From a virus, in IMG/VR virus record IMGVR_UViG_3300025520_000004, positions 1 to 64,000 of that record: DNA of 64,000 nt; one strand, given 5' to 3'. Below are positions 18,130 through 26,937 of the stretch, one piece after another. Below the pieces are notes generated by a model that searched no databases, was not told the DNA's origin, and saw nothing but the letters and a program-made list of their open reading frames with translations. How positions within the stretch are numbered: the first letter of the stretch is position 1; each line of letters begins with the position of its first letter. Position numbers and translations under genes: made by a program.

Positions 18130-19817
18130 TCCAAATCGAGGAATTGCGTAAGGAATTAAAAAGGTATCCGGCCAAAGTCGCTGAAATTTATCTCAAGCGA
18201 TTTTTAGAAAAACAAAAAGCACAATCCGGAGAAGGGAATCCCGCCACCTTACGACGAGTAAAGGCCATAGAAAGTTTTCGAGTATTTCTCAATACTTATT
18301 TTGCTCACTACTTTTCTACTGAGTTTGGGGAACAGCAATTGGAATTGATAGAGGACATACAAGCCTTTGCTGGAAAGAAGGGTAGGGGGCCGATGAAAAT
18401 AATCCGAGCTCTCTCCCGAGGTTTTGGAAAATCAACCATTCTCTCTTTATGCGGTGTCATGTGGTTGGTGCTAAGGCGTGATTGGCATTTTGTGATCATG
18501 GTCAGTGCCTCACTCACACAGGCGAAAGGTTTTCTCCAAAAGATTGTGGATGAGTGTGAAGATAACGAACTTCTTGTATCTGACTTTCCAGAACTAAGAC
18601 CTGCGAAAGATCAAAAGGGGCAGAACGTTGCTTGGAATGATTTGGATATTGTTTTCCGTGGTGGTGCCAGGATCATCGCGAAAGGTTTTCTCAATGCCAT
18701 TCGTGGAACTCGGTACAGACAATATCGGCCAGACGCTTTGATTGTTGATGATCCGGATGAAGAGAAGGACGTTGAATCAGATTCCCGAATGCAAAAAAAA
18801 TATCGTTGGTTCGATCGAGCCGCATTGAAGCTCGGAGCTCAGTGGGGTATTGATGTAGTTTTATCTTACACAACTCTTTCACCGAATTGCGTTGGTGAAG
18901 TAATCTACAACGACACCAAAAAATATTGGGATTGGAATCGGAAAAAATTCTCTGCAATTGGAACACATCCGGATGGATCCGAGTATTCTACTTGGGAAGC
19001 AGGGGCACCTCTCTCCATGCTTGTAAAGGAAAGAGAAGTCGATCCAATTTCATTCGCAAGAGAAAGGCAGAACGTCATACTCGCAGAGATCGATCAGAAA
19101 TTCAAAGGTAGAATTCAAACTTACGAATTTGTTAGGCAGGAATCATTTGAAGGATGGACTCTTGGATTGGCCGTGGATCTTTCGCTTGGGAAGACTCAGA
19201 GATCAGATTATTCCGCAATTGTCGGTGTTGGACTTTCTCCACAGGGAAAATTCTACGAACTCTATTCAGACATTGCTAGAAGACCTCCAGATCAGATCCA
19301 AATTGACCTTGTAAAGGCTCTCAGAGCGTTTCCATGGACAGTTGCGGGTGTTGAGACCAGTGGAGGGCAGGAATACTTCCTGGACGCATTTAAACGGCAT
19401 TTGGAAGACTGGAATGAACTTTGTGTAAACCCAAATAACGGCCAAGGATTAACACCCGGTGATCGAATCATTGTTCCAATGGTTGGGATCCCAAACACCG
19501 GAGATAAGATCAAACGAATCGAAGGGGCATTGCAAACAATAATAGCAACTGGCCTCATGTTACTCAGATCCGATTCTCATTTACTTTTTGAAATGCTAAA
19601 CGAATTCCCTTACAAGAAACTGGACGGTCCCGACGCATTGGAGATGGCTCATCGATTGATAGTAGAACAAATGGGGAATATGATAAGTATAGTCACACCA
19701 GAACAGTTAGCGAAGGCAAGGGAACGGGAATCGGGTTTGCGTCAAGAATCTCAAGTTACAATTGGGAAGTCTATTGAGCAGCTACGAAGAGAACAATTAA
19801 GAAGGCGTGGTTATTAA
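18126..19817 (+). CDS. terL: Terminase large subunit
   Basis: Walker A-like SRGFGKSTIL, Walker B ALIVDDPDEE, C-terminal RNaseH-like nuclease region LAVDLSLGK..DYSAIVG. Confidence 0.8.
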   Translation: MIQIEELRKELKRYPAKVAEIYLKRFLEKQKAQSGEGNPATLRRVKAIESFRVFLNTYFAHYFSTEFGEQQLELIEDIQAFAGKKGRGPMKIIRALSRGFGKSTILSLCGVMWLVLRRDWHFVIMVSASLTQAKGFLQKIVDECEDNELLVSDFPELRPAKDQKGQNVAWNDLDIVFRGGARIIAKGFLNAIRGTRYRQYRPDALIVDDPDEEKDVESDSRMQKKYRWFDRAALKLGAQWGIDVVLSYTTLSPNCVGEVIYNDTKKYWDWNRKKFSAIGTHPDGSEYSTWEAGAPLSMLVKEREVDPISFARERQNVILAEIDQKFKGRIQTYEFVRQESFEGWTLGLAVDLSLGKTQRSDYSAIVGVGLSPQGKFYELYSDIARRPPDQIQIDLVKALRAFPWTVAGVETSGGQEYFLDAFKRHLEDWNELCVNPNNGQGLTPGDRIIVPMVGIPNTGDKIKRIEGALQTIIATGLMLLRSDSHLLFEMLNEFPYKKLDGPDALEMAHRLIVEQMGNMISIVTPEQLAKARERESGLRQESQVTIGKSIEQLRREQLRRRGY

Positions 19818-19836
19818 GTCTTTCTTTTGTGTATTT

Positions 19837-20075
19837 GAAAAAGGTAACCTTTTTCGTTTACGCTAGTGTTCTATGAAAAGGTACTTAAAGAGGTTCTTTA
19901 TATGGTTCCTAAAAAAGGCCGTATTTTCATTTACAGAGATTTAAAAACCCCTACTTTTTTCAATGACTGTAAATGGTTTTAGTTGTTAGGTGATATGCTT
20001 GTAATTTAAAATGGCCCACTTTTTCATTTACAGAATTTTGTATCGGAGATAACGGCCTCTTTTCTATCACAGACC
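19837..20075 (+). repeat. Four imperfect direct repeats AAAAGGCC-N2-4-TTTTTCATTTACAGA plus one inverted core
   Basis: R1 19837-19863, R2 19911-19938, R3 20006-20035, R4 20049-20075. Inverted CTGTAAATG at 19967-19975. R1 also folds as GAAAAAGG-taa-CCTTTTTC. Confidence 0.55.
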
Positions 20076-20479
20076 ATAGCGGAACGTTTTCCACTAAGGT
20101 AGGAATACCAATTTGTTATTTCGTAAATTACCTCGATAGAGTAGAAGGCATCGCTTCAAATAACTTTCTTAAAGCAAAACAAAAATTCAATGTTTGAAAT
20201 GGTAAGTTATGAAAGCAATTTGCTCCCAATTATTGTATCCGAATTAACTAACTGCAATGTCTATAATACATGTTTTAAACAAAATATTATGTCACATTTC
20301 TCCCTTTAGTTTTCTATATTTTGGTGTCATATTTGTAAATTTGGCAACTGTCACTTTTTGAATTCCGTTCATTCTGTTATTTCGCTGATTTTCAACCAGA
20401 AATTGTGGTTTAGAATATTAGGATAAAAACTTATTTGTAATTTTCGCCTTACTTGAATTCTGTGGCCTGACGAGGTAAT

Positions 20480-21079
20480 ATGCGAAAGTACTTTATTCTA
20501 TTGTTAACTTTATTTTTACTGATTGGTTGTGATTTCAGCACACCAAAAGGGAAAATGTTTCCCGCTTCTTTACCGGCTAACCAAGTTAGATACCCTGCTT
20601 TGGTTGTTTCTCCCGATTTTGTTCCTTCGCCATTGATTGAAGAAGAAGAAAAAGCGCTTGATATGATAATTAGAACTCAATCTAGGATGGGGCTAGATAG
20701 AGAGGATGTGAGGCAAATTCAGCTTGAGGGAATTAGGGGAATTAATGCAACATTTCACAATCCAAATATAGCTGAAGAGTTAAAATTCATTGGGAATATT
20801 CCAGGATTTATTCCAGGTATGAATATGTTTGAATATTCAGACCAAGTGATTCAGACCATGATTGCAGAATTGAAAGATTATCCAATTTCTGCATTAAAAG
20901 AATATAGAAAAGAAGTAATTACTTGGGTTTATACATTGCAGCGTATTAAGCAATCCTGCACTGATCCTACAGTCGATGAGTGTAAGTTGTTAGGTCATGT
21001 AAGCGATCGTTATTTACTGTTACGTGAAGAAATTATCAAAGAATTGTCATTAAAGACTAAAAAGGAAATGGGGCTATGA
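20480..21079 (+). CDS. Lipoprotein (cargo)
   Basis: Signal peptide with lipobox-like LLIGC. GAGG SD. Confidence 0.6.
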   Translation: MRKYFILLLTLFLLIGCDFSTPKGKMFPASLPANQVRYPALVVSPDFVPSPLIEEEEKALDMIIRTQSRMGLDREDVRQIQLEGIRGINATFHNPNIAEELKFIGNIPGFIPGMNMFEYSDQVIQTMIAELKDYPISALKEYRKEVITWVYTLQRIKQSCTDPTVDECKLLGHVSDRYLLLREEIIKELSLKTKKEMGL

Positions 21080-22473
21080 CCAAGAAAGTAATTATCGCTA
21101 TACTATATCTTTTCTCATTAAAAGTCTACGGTAGTGAACTTTCAAATTGGTATAATGACAATATACTTTCAAAATTTGGAAGATTTCCTACACAAACTGA
21201 AATTGCTTCTGAACTTTTGACTGCTTATCAGGCAAAAAATTTTTTTGCCGAGCAGTTTTTGCTAAGAGTCGGTGGTAAATGTTATCAAAAAAATGAAGGA
21301 AACTCCTTGCCTCGTGGTCCAATAACACAAGCTGAAGTACAGGCAAATACTAGGCGACATATCCTTTTTTGGGGCGATTCGCTTTTCGATTTCATTGATA
21401 CTAGTTTAAAGCCGATCAATGATTCCGAGAATCCACATTATGTAAATCCTGAATTATATTTCGGCTCAAACTGGAATTTAATTGGGAATGCGGCATTAGG
21501 TGGAACAACTACTGAAGATCTCAGGAATCATCTTGATTTACATGCCAATTATCAATATGACAAGTTTTATCCTAATCCATATACAGATGGACATGTAAAT
21601 TTGGAAAACCGATATGCTGTTATATTATATGGAGGTAATGATCTTCTTAGATTTGAAATTATATTGAAAGCGCTGCCATTTTTAACTGTATTTAGACAAA
21701 ACGCAGTCGTCAATAACCTAAATCGTATTGTAAGTTATCATCAAGCTCAGGGCTCGCGTGTCCTTTTGGTAAGTCAAGCGCCTAGACCAACACTAGAATT
21801 CAATTACTTTGGCGATTTTGGAGAACTTGGACAATTTTTCAGTGGTGTAATGTCATATTTCTATAATATATTAGCCTATGCATTGGTACAAACAAATACG
21901 GTAGTCAATGACATCAATTCATGTATTGCGCAGGGTATGTGTTATCCAGCTCAAACAATAAAAGAAACGACAGTTTCCGCAATTTATTCAGGTTCTCATG
22001 GGCGAGAATTAGAAATAGTCATGCTGAATAAGTTGAAAAATCCTGGACATGACATGACCTGGCTATCACAGCAACTTGGTTATATGTCTTTAATGACTAG
22101 AAACTATGTAGCATTGCAGCGCAATGTTGAATATTTAGATGAGTGGGCACATTTCCTGGATCCAAAAGCTGTTGAGCAAAGAAAATGGTGGCTGGGCAAT
22201 AAGATTTTGTTTGAAGATGACTACGTGCATTTTTCACATCCATGGGGACATGCCCTTAATGCTCAAAATATAACAAATAGATTAAACCAATTAGGTTGGT
22301 GGGCCAATCCAATTCCAACCCAAGGCGATAGATGTAATTTTACATCTTCCGCCTCGTTCCCAACTGGGCAACCGGCGATTTGGACTCCTGAACCTCCCCC
22401 ATTACCAGGAGCTGATGAAAATGCGATGTTATTACTTTTACTATGTTTTTACTTTGGAGTGTGTTCGTTTTGA
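21076..22473 (+). CDS. Secreted SGNH/GDSL-like hydrolase
   Basis: Signal peptide. Block I LFWGDSLFDF, block III LYGGNDL, block V DDYVHFSHP. Confidence 0.55.
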   Translation: MTKKVIIAILYLFSLKVYGSELSNWYNDNILSKFGRFPTQTEIASELLTAYQAKNFFAEQFLLRVGGKCYQKNEGNSLPRGPITQAEVQANTRRHILFWGDSLFDFIDTSLKPINDSENPHYVNPELYFGSNWNLIGNAALGGTTTEDLRNHLDLHANYQYDKFYPNPYTDGHVNLENRYAVILYGGNDLLRFEIILKALPFLTVFRQNAVVNNLNRIVSYHQAQGSRVLLVSQAPRPTLEFNYFGDFGELGQFFSGVMSYFYNILAYALVQTNTVVNDINSCIAQGMCYPAQTIKETTVSAIYSGSHGRELEIVMLNKLKNPGHDMTWLSQQLGYMSLMTRNYVALQRNVEYLDEWAHFLDPKAVEQRKWWLGNKILFEDDYVHFSHPWGHALNAQNITNRLNQLGWWANPIPTQGDRCNFTSSASFPTGQPAIWTPEPPPLPGADENAMLLLLLCFYFGVCSF

Positions 22474-22715
22474 GAATAACAAATTTAGTTCTGATGGTTT
22501 CGTTCTTTTCGATAGGTATTGCGAATTGTAATAATGATCCGATTTTTTATAAGAGTGATAAAAAGTCTGCTACAGAGTGTTTTTCGATTCAAGTATTGTG
22601 CGAGAGTCAATTGGAACAATGTAAAAGACAAAATGCTGCTGATTTGCGTGTTTGTGCAGATCCGCATTTGGCTTGCTCTAACTATGTAAATGATTGTCTA
22701 AAAAAAACTAAATGA
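22443..22715 (+). CDS. Small Cys-rich secreted protein or lipoprotein
   Basis: Hydrophobic N-terminus ending IGIANC. Start uncertain. Confidence 0.35.
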   Translation: MFLLWSVFVLRITNLVLMVSFFSIGIANCNNDPIFYKSDKKSATECFSIQVLCESQLEQCKRQNAADLRVCADPHLACSNYVNDCLKKTK

Positions 22716-23014
22716 AGATATTGTTAATAATTTCATTTATCGGTTTGCTTATAAGTAATTGTATCCCAAATAAAGAAACAACTACTTGCCCAACACAGTT
22801 AATTGAAGTTAAAAATGAAAAAATCACCAATAATAAAGTTTGTAACCACAGTTTAATGGAGATTGAAATTTTGCCAAATCCAACTAGCAATGACATTACG
22901 AGAAGAATTAAATTTTGTTATTATGAAAAGAAAAATGGGAAACTATTATTTTATGCAGATAATGGAAATAAATCAATTTTTGAGGTTTCAGATATTGAAT
23001 CTGTCATTTGGTAA
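22712..23014 (+). CDS. Small lipoprotein
   Basis: MKILLIISFIGLLISNC lipobox-like. Confidence 0.45.
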   Translation: MKILLIISFIGLLISNCIPNKETTTCPTQLIEVKNEKITNNKVCNHSLMEIEILPNPTSNDITRRIKFCYYEKKNGKLLFYADNGNKSIFEVSDIESVIW

Positions 23015-23735
23015 AATTTCGTTTTTCTTCTTTGTATTTTTTTATCCTTTTTTTATTTTCTCGGAATCAACTTGGAATAAAGGTGCAATAGTTCTAGAAA
23101 AAGGCTATCTGATTGACGGTGAATATTCTTCGGATAACAAAGGAGTATATTTTCGCCAAGATGGCCAAGGGAAATACTTTGAACACAAAGAAATCCGTTC
23201 TATTGTTGATGTTGATTATGCAAAGAAGATAAGAAAGTCTAGTCCTGGTAATGCAGCCATTGAATCAATATATAAATTTAATGCAGGTGATTCTTTTAGA
23301 TTTTCAAAGAATGGAGAAGCAGGCTATATAAATGACAGAGTAGCACTTACTTCCAAAATTACTTCTTTAGCTTTTGTTCTTTATTTTTACTTTGATACAA
23401 TGAATAAAAAACAAGCAGTTAGTAATTCAATTGTATTCGTAAATTACGACCAAAGTAAAAACGAATTCCTAACTTCACGGACAAATTTTTATTATTCTTC
23501 CGCAATATTCTTAGGATTGGTTGCCTATTTTGCTTTTAATGCTTATATGAACTTTGATACGAATCGCGAAGGTCATAAAACAGGAACTTTTGAATCGAAG
23601 GATATAAACTTAAAAGAATACTTATCAATGCAATTCCCGGAAAGATCATCATTACTCTACGGCGGACCTCAAGGAACAATAATCGGCGATAATCAAATCT
23701 TGAAGTATGAGAAAAGTATATTATTTAATTATTAG
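22962..23735 (+). CDS. Membrane protein (cargo)
   Basis: Hydrophobic N-terminus ISFFFFVFFYPFFIF plus later TM segments. Start uncertain. I chose ATG 22962 instead of the track start at 22863. Confidence 0.4.
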   Translation: MEINQFLRFQILNLSFGKISFFFFVFFYPFFIFSESTWNKGAIVLEKGYLIDGEYSSDNKGVYFRQDGQGKYFEHKEIRSIVDVDYAKKIRKSSPGNAAIESIYKFNAGDSFRFSKNGEAGYINDRVALTSKITSLAFVLYFYFDTMNKKQAVSNSIVFVNYDQSKNEFLTSRTNFYYSSAIFLGLVAYFAFNAYMNFDTNREGHKTGTFESKDINLKEYLSMQFPERSSLLYGGPQGTIIGDNQILKYEKSILFNY

Positions 23736-24291
23736 TTTTTCTATTTTCAGTTGCTTCGATATCCCCGGCCCAAATGTGGGGAAATCTGGTCTTTTGCTTA
23801 CTTCCCTTTATTTTTCTCAATCTGGTTGCAGATTTGATGTTCAAAATAATCTGAATGAGAGTAAATCAATCTGCCTAAATTCTCCGCTTTCTGAATGTAG
23901 TCTTAACGGTTTGGTAAATTCAAATATCTCAAAAATTTCGAAGCTTAAAACTGGATTAAAAGATATTGCAAAAAAATATGACCGATGTGTTATAGATGTT
24001 TACGATTTACTCAATTATCTAGAAAGTTTGGCTGAAGAAAAAAATATAATCCTATGGAGATATGGTTATGTCATTAAGGAAAGTGCAATCATTGTTGATG
24101 TAAACTGTAGTTCAAGCTCGAATAATAGTGGATTAATCAGTCCTCTGGAGTATAGTTTAGTTTTTGATCCATCAATTTATACAGCAATTTATGCACAAAA
24201 TTCCGACTGTAGCCTTCAGATACCATTAAGCGAAAGTGAAAGAACGCTTGTTAATGATATTAAGTCAGGGAGGAAGCTCCTCTTCCTCTGA
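23707..24291 (+). CDS. Lipoprotein (cargo)
   Basis: LIISFSIFSC lipobox-like N-terminus. Confidence 0.45.
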   Translation: MRKVYYLIISFSIFSCFDIPGPNVGKSGLLLTSLYFSQSGCRFDVQNNLNESKSICLNSPLSECSLNGLVNSNISKISKLKTGLKDIAKKYDRCVIDVYDLLNYLESLAEEKNIILWRYGYVIKESAIIVDVNCSSSSNNSGLISPLEYSLVFDPSIYTAIYAQNSDCSLQIPLSESERTLVNDIKSGRKLLFL

Positions 24292-24480
24292 ATTGATTTA
24301 ATTTGCGAGAATCTCATGCTCTTATAGCTTTGATATCTAATTTTAATCTTGTTATGCATTTATAATCATTTTTTCATAAAAACTACGGCAATATGTCTTT
24401 ATAAATCAAAGAATTAATTAAACTAATGCTAGCTAGTATTTAAGTATCGATTCCATTGAATCAGGATAATGTGCCTGAAT

Positions 24481-24527
24481 TTTGAATAGTTACCGCCTGA
24501 CTATTCAAATGAGTTATCTCTCATTTG
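24481..24527 (+). terminator. Two overlapping hairpins (10-bp stem TTTGAATAGT/ACTATTCAAA; 8-bp stem CAAATGAG/CTCATTTG)
   Basis: Read directly. About 190 nt after the preceding gene. Weak T-tract. Confidence 0.3.
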
Positions 24528-24786
24528 ATTTACCTGAAATTAAAAATTCATTTTTGTTTGAAACTTTTGAAATAAAATTAATCAGGAATTATATTGATAT
24601 GTTGAATTAAAGCTTGGATCTAAATCCGCTACATTTTCCCGAACTAGATTATTATTAAATACGGCCAACAAGAAATTTGTTAACAAAACAACCGTTTAGT
24701 TTTATTTTGTTTACTGTTAGGCTAAAAATACTTGATTTTGTTTAATGAAATTATTTTATTAGGAAAAAATTAGGAAAACCGAATAA

Positions 24787-25893
24787 ATGAAAAAAACAAT
24801 ATGCTTATTCTTAACTCTTCTAAATTCGATTCTATATGCAGTAGATACGCGAGAATCGGCGGCCTACATTAGAGGATACGAACTTACCGTAGATTCTGCT
24901 ACATTGAAAAATGGTCTCTCGATGCAGAATTCATTAATACTTAATCGATTGATAGGTGGGACAACTAATTTAACAATTCCTGCTACAAATCAGTTCAAAG
25001 GTAAAGGAGTCGAAATTGGTATAAATAAGCGTCACAGTGGGCTTCTGGGAACAGACTTTGGGATTTCATTCGCTACATTGTTTGCCGATTCAAATTATAC
25101 TGGAGTCTATGCAACTTCGTCGTTACGATCCGGTTCAGGTTCATCTGCCATTAATTTGGCTTCTGAAAGTTTTACTGCTTATGAATTTACTTCAAATAGA
25201 TTACAGACTGCAAATATCAAAATAGCTGAGAACATCTATTTGTTTCATGATTCTGGTCAAAAATTCCTTGAAGGTTTGGCTTTAAGATTAGGTGGAGAGA
25301 TTTATGGAAATGAAATTAAAGCCACATCTCCATATAACCTATACAATTCCAATATAACTATAAATGGAACTAGAACGCAGGGAAGCGGGTTTGCAGTCGC
25401 TCCAATTAATGAGACAACTTACAATGAGGTATATTTGAATGCTATTTTAGGGTTGGGTTACAATTTAAAAATCGCAGAAGGTCATAATTTAACTATTGGA
25501 TATGAGTATTTAAAAAGTGTAGCAAATTCAGGAGATTACAAAAACAAAACGAAATCTTTGTTAGCGCTCTCTCCCACGCTTGCATTTCCTTCTGAGACGA
25601 AAATGAAAGGTAAAGTTGAATCAGAAATGGAAGGTAATCGTATTAATTTAGGTTATCGTTTTCTAGTTTCAGAAAATGTAAGTTTTGGTATAAATTACTC
25701 TCATACTGAAGCAACGCATAGAATCGTTGATAGCAAAGTCAAGGAGCCAGGCAATTTCTTCACTTTGCTTACTAGTGGTTCAAGTTTCAATCCAATCCCA
25801 TTTTTGTTAGGAAGTCAACCTGGGTTCGGGCCATTCCCTGAGAACAAAGATATCCGTAGACAAATTGGAATTGAATTTGCTCTTAGATATTAA
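24787..25893 (+). CDS. Outer-membrane beta-barrel protein candidate
   Basis: Signal peptide. Alternating-pattern strands. C-terminus IEFALRY ends in an aromatic residue. Confidence 0.5.
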   Translation: MKKTICLFLTLLNSILYAVDTRESAAYIRGYELTVDSATLKNGLSMQNSLILNRLIGGTTNLTIPATNQFKGKGVEIGINKRHSGLLGTDFGISFATLFADSNYTGVYATSSLRSGSGSSAINLASESFTAYEFTSNRLQTANIKIAENIYLFHDSGQKFLEGLALRLGGEIYGNEIKATSPYNLYNSNITINGTRTQGSGFAVAPINETTYNEVYLNAILGLGYNLKIAEGHNLTIGYEYLKSVANSGDYKNKTKSLLALSPTLAFPSETKMKGKVESEMEGNRINLGYRFLVSENVSFGINYSHTEATHRIVDSKVKEPGNFFTLLTSGSSFNPIPFLLGSQPGFGPFPENKDIRRQIGIEFALRY

Positions 25894-26252
25894 ATTACTA
25901 GGGACTATAGATTAATTTTTAATTAATCTCTTTTTTTACTAAAACTATTAGGTTCGAGTTTTACTGATCTTATCGTAAATCGAACAATAAACTGACTTCA
26001 TTATTTGAAAGAATTCAGTTTATTGTTCGATTTTATGTCTGATAAGATTGAATATTGCAACTTTTGCATCTGTTTCTTTCTGCACAATGAGACATAGTTC
26101 TAATGCGACGTAATTCTTATTATAGGAAGCTACCTGTTGCCTCATATAATTACCTACTCCAAATAGAAATAATGCTTCAAAAGTAAAAGTATTCGAAGTA
26201 AAGTCTACATCTTTATGAGTGATGACCATTCAAACACATAAAGGGAGAGTCT

Positions 26253-26822
26253 ATGGAAAAAAGAATTAATTATTACACTCCAGAACTTACTGAATATAGC
26301 ATTATAAATTTCAGTATCATAGGGAAAGCGCTTTGTGTGGCTACTTACTTTGATAAAATTTGCAAGAATTTCTTATTAGCATTGGTGATAAAGTATCCTC
26401 AGTATTTCAAAGAAAAATTTAATGAATTTAATAATATAAATTTAAATTCAGATGAATTATATAGCCAAATAATGAAAATTGCGGATAAAATTAATTTAGA
26501 TAGATGTATTAAAATATTATCAAAAATAAATACAGAAAATGATAAGTTTATTGGATTTTTTGGCCGTTTTGATAAAGCAAGAGAAGCGAGAAACTTTATT
26601 GCGCATGACTTGTGTTTGGGTTACCCTGAGAACATTAATAAAGCAAACTTTCGCGCTGAATTGGCCAGGGAGATAAAAGAAAATACTTCGGAAATTGTTA
26701 ATTGTTTGGTTCTTATGGAGGATTTGATTTTGTCCTTTAACAAAGAAGGAATGTTACCGGGAATCGATAAGTCTTCCTTAGTTGAAAATATTGTCTCCTG
26801 GGTATTGGATGATGAAATATAA
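26253..26822 (+). CDS. HEPN-like (Rx4H) protein candidate
   Basis: KAREARNFIAHDL contains R-x4-H in a helical context. Confidence 0.35.
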   Translation: MEKRINYYTPELTEYSIINFSIIGKALCVATYFDKICKNFLLALVIKYPQYFKEKFNEFNNINLNSDELYSQIMKIADKINLDRCIKILSKINTENDKFIGFFGRFDKAREARNFIAHDLCLGYPENINKANFRAELAREIKENTSEIVNCLVLMEDLILSFNKEGMLPGIDKSSLVENIVSWVLDDEI

Positions 26823-26900
26823 GAAAGCAACCTTTTCGGAGTTTGTTTTCAAACGAATTTAAAAACCCCTTAAAACCCCACTTTCAACCTTAAAAAACGA

Positions 26901-26937
26901 TTGCAATGATTGAGAACTATATTTCTTGTCACTTCCC
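26901..26937 (+). promoter_or_regulatory. Late element P2: TTGCAA-N19-TTGTCACTTCCC, then ATG
   Basis: Member of the 7-copy motif. ATG of the portal gene at 26938. Confidence 0.6.

Noticed and set aside
26020-26229. 69-aa minus-strand ORF upstream of the HEPN-like gene, as a possible antitoxin partner.
   Set aside because: Its orientation is divergent and it has no recognisable DNA-binding motif. Evidence is limited to an open frame.
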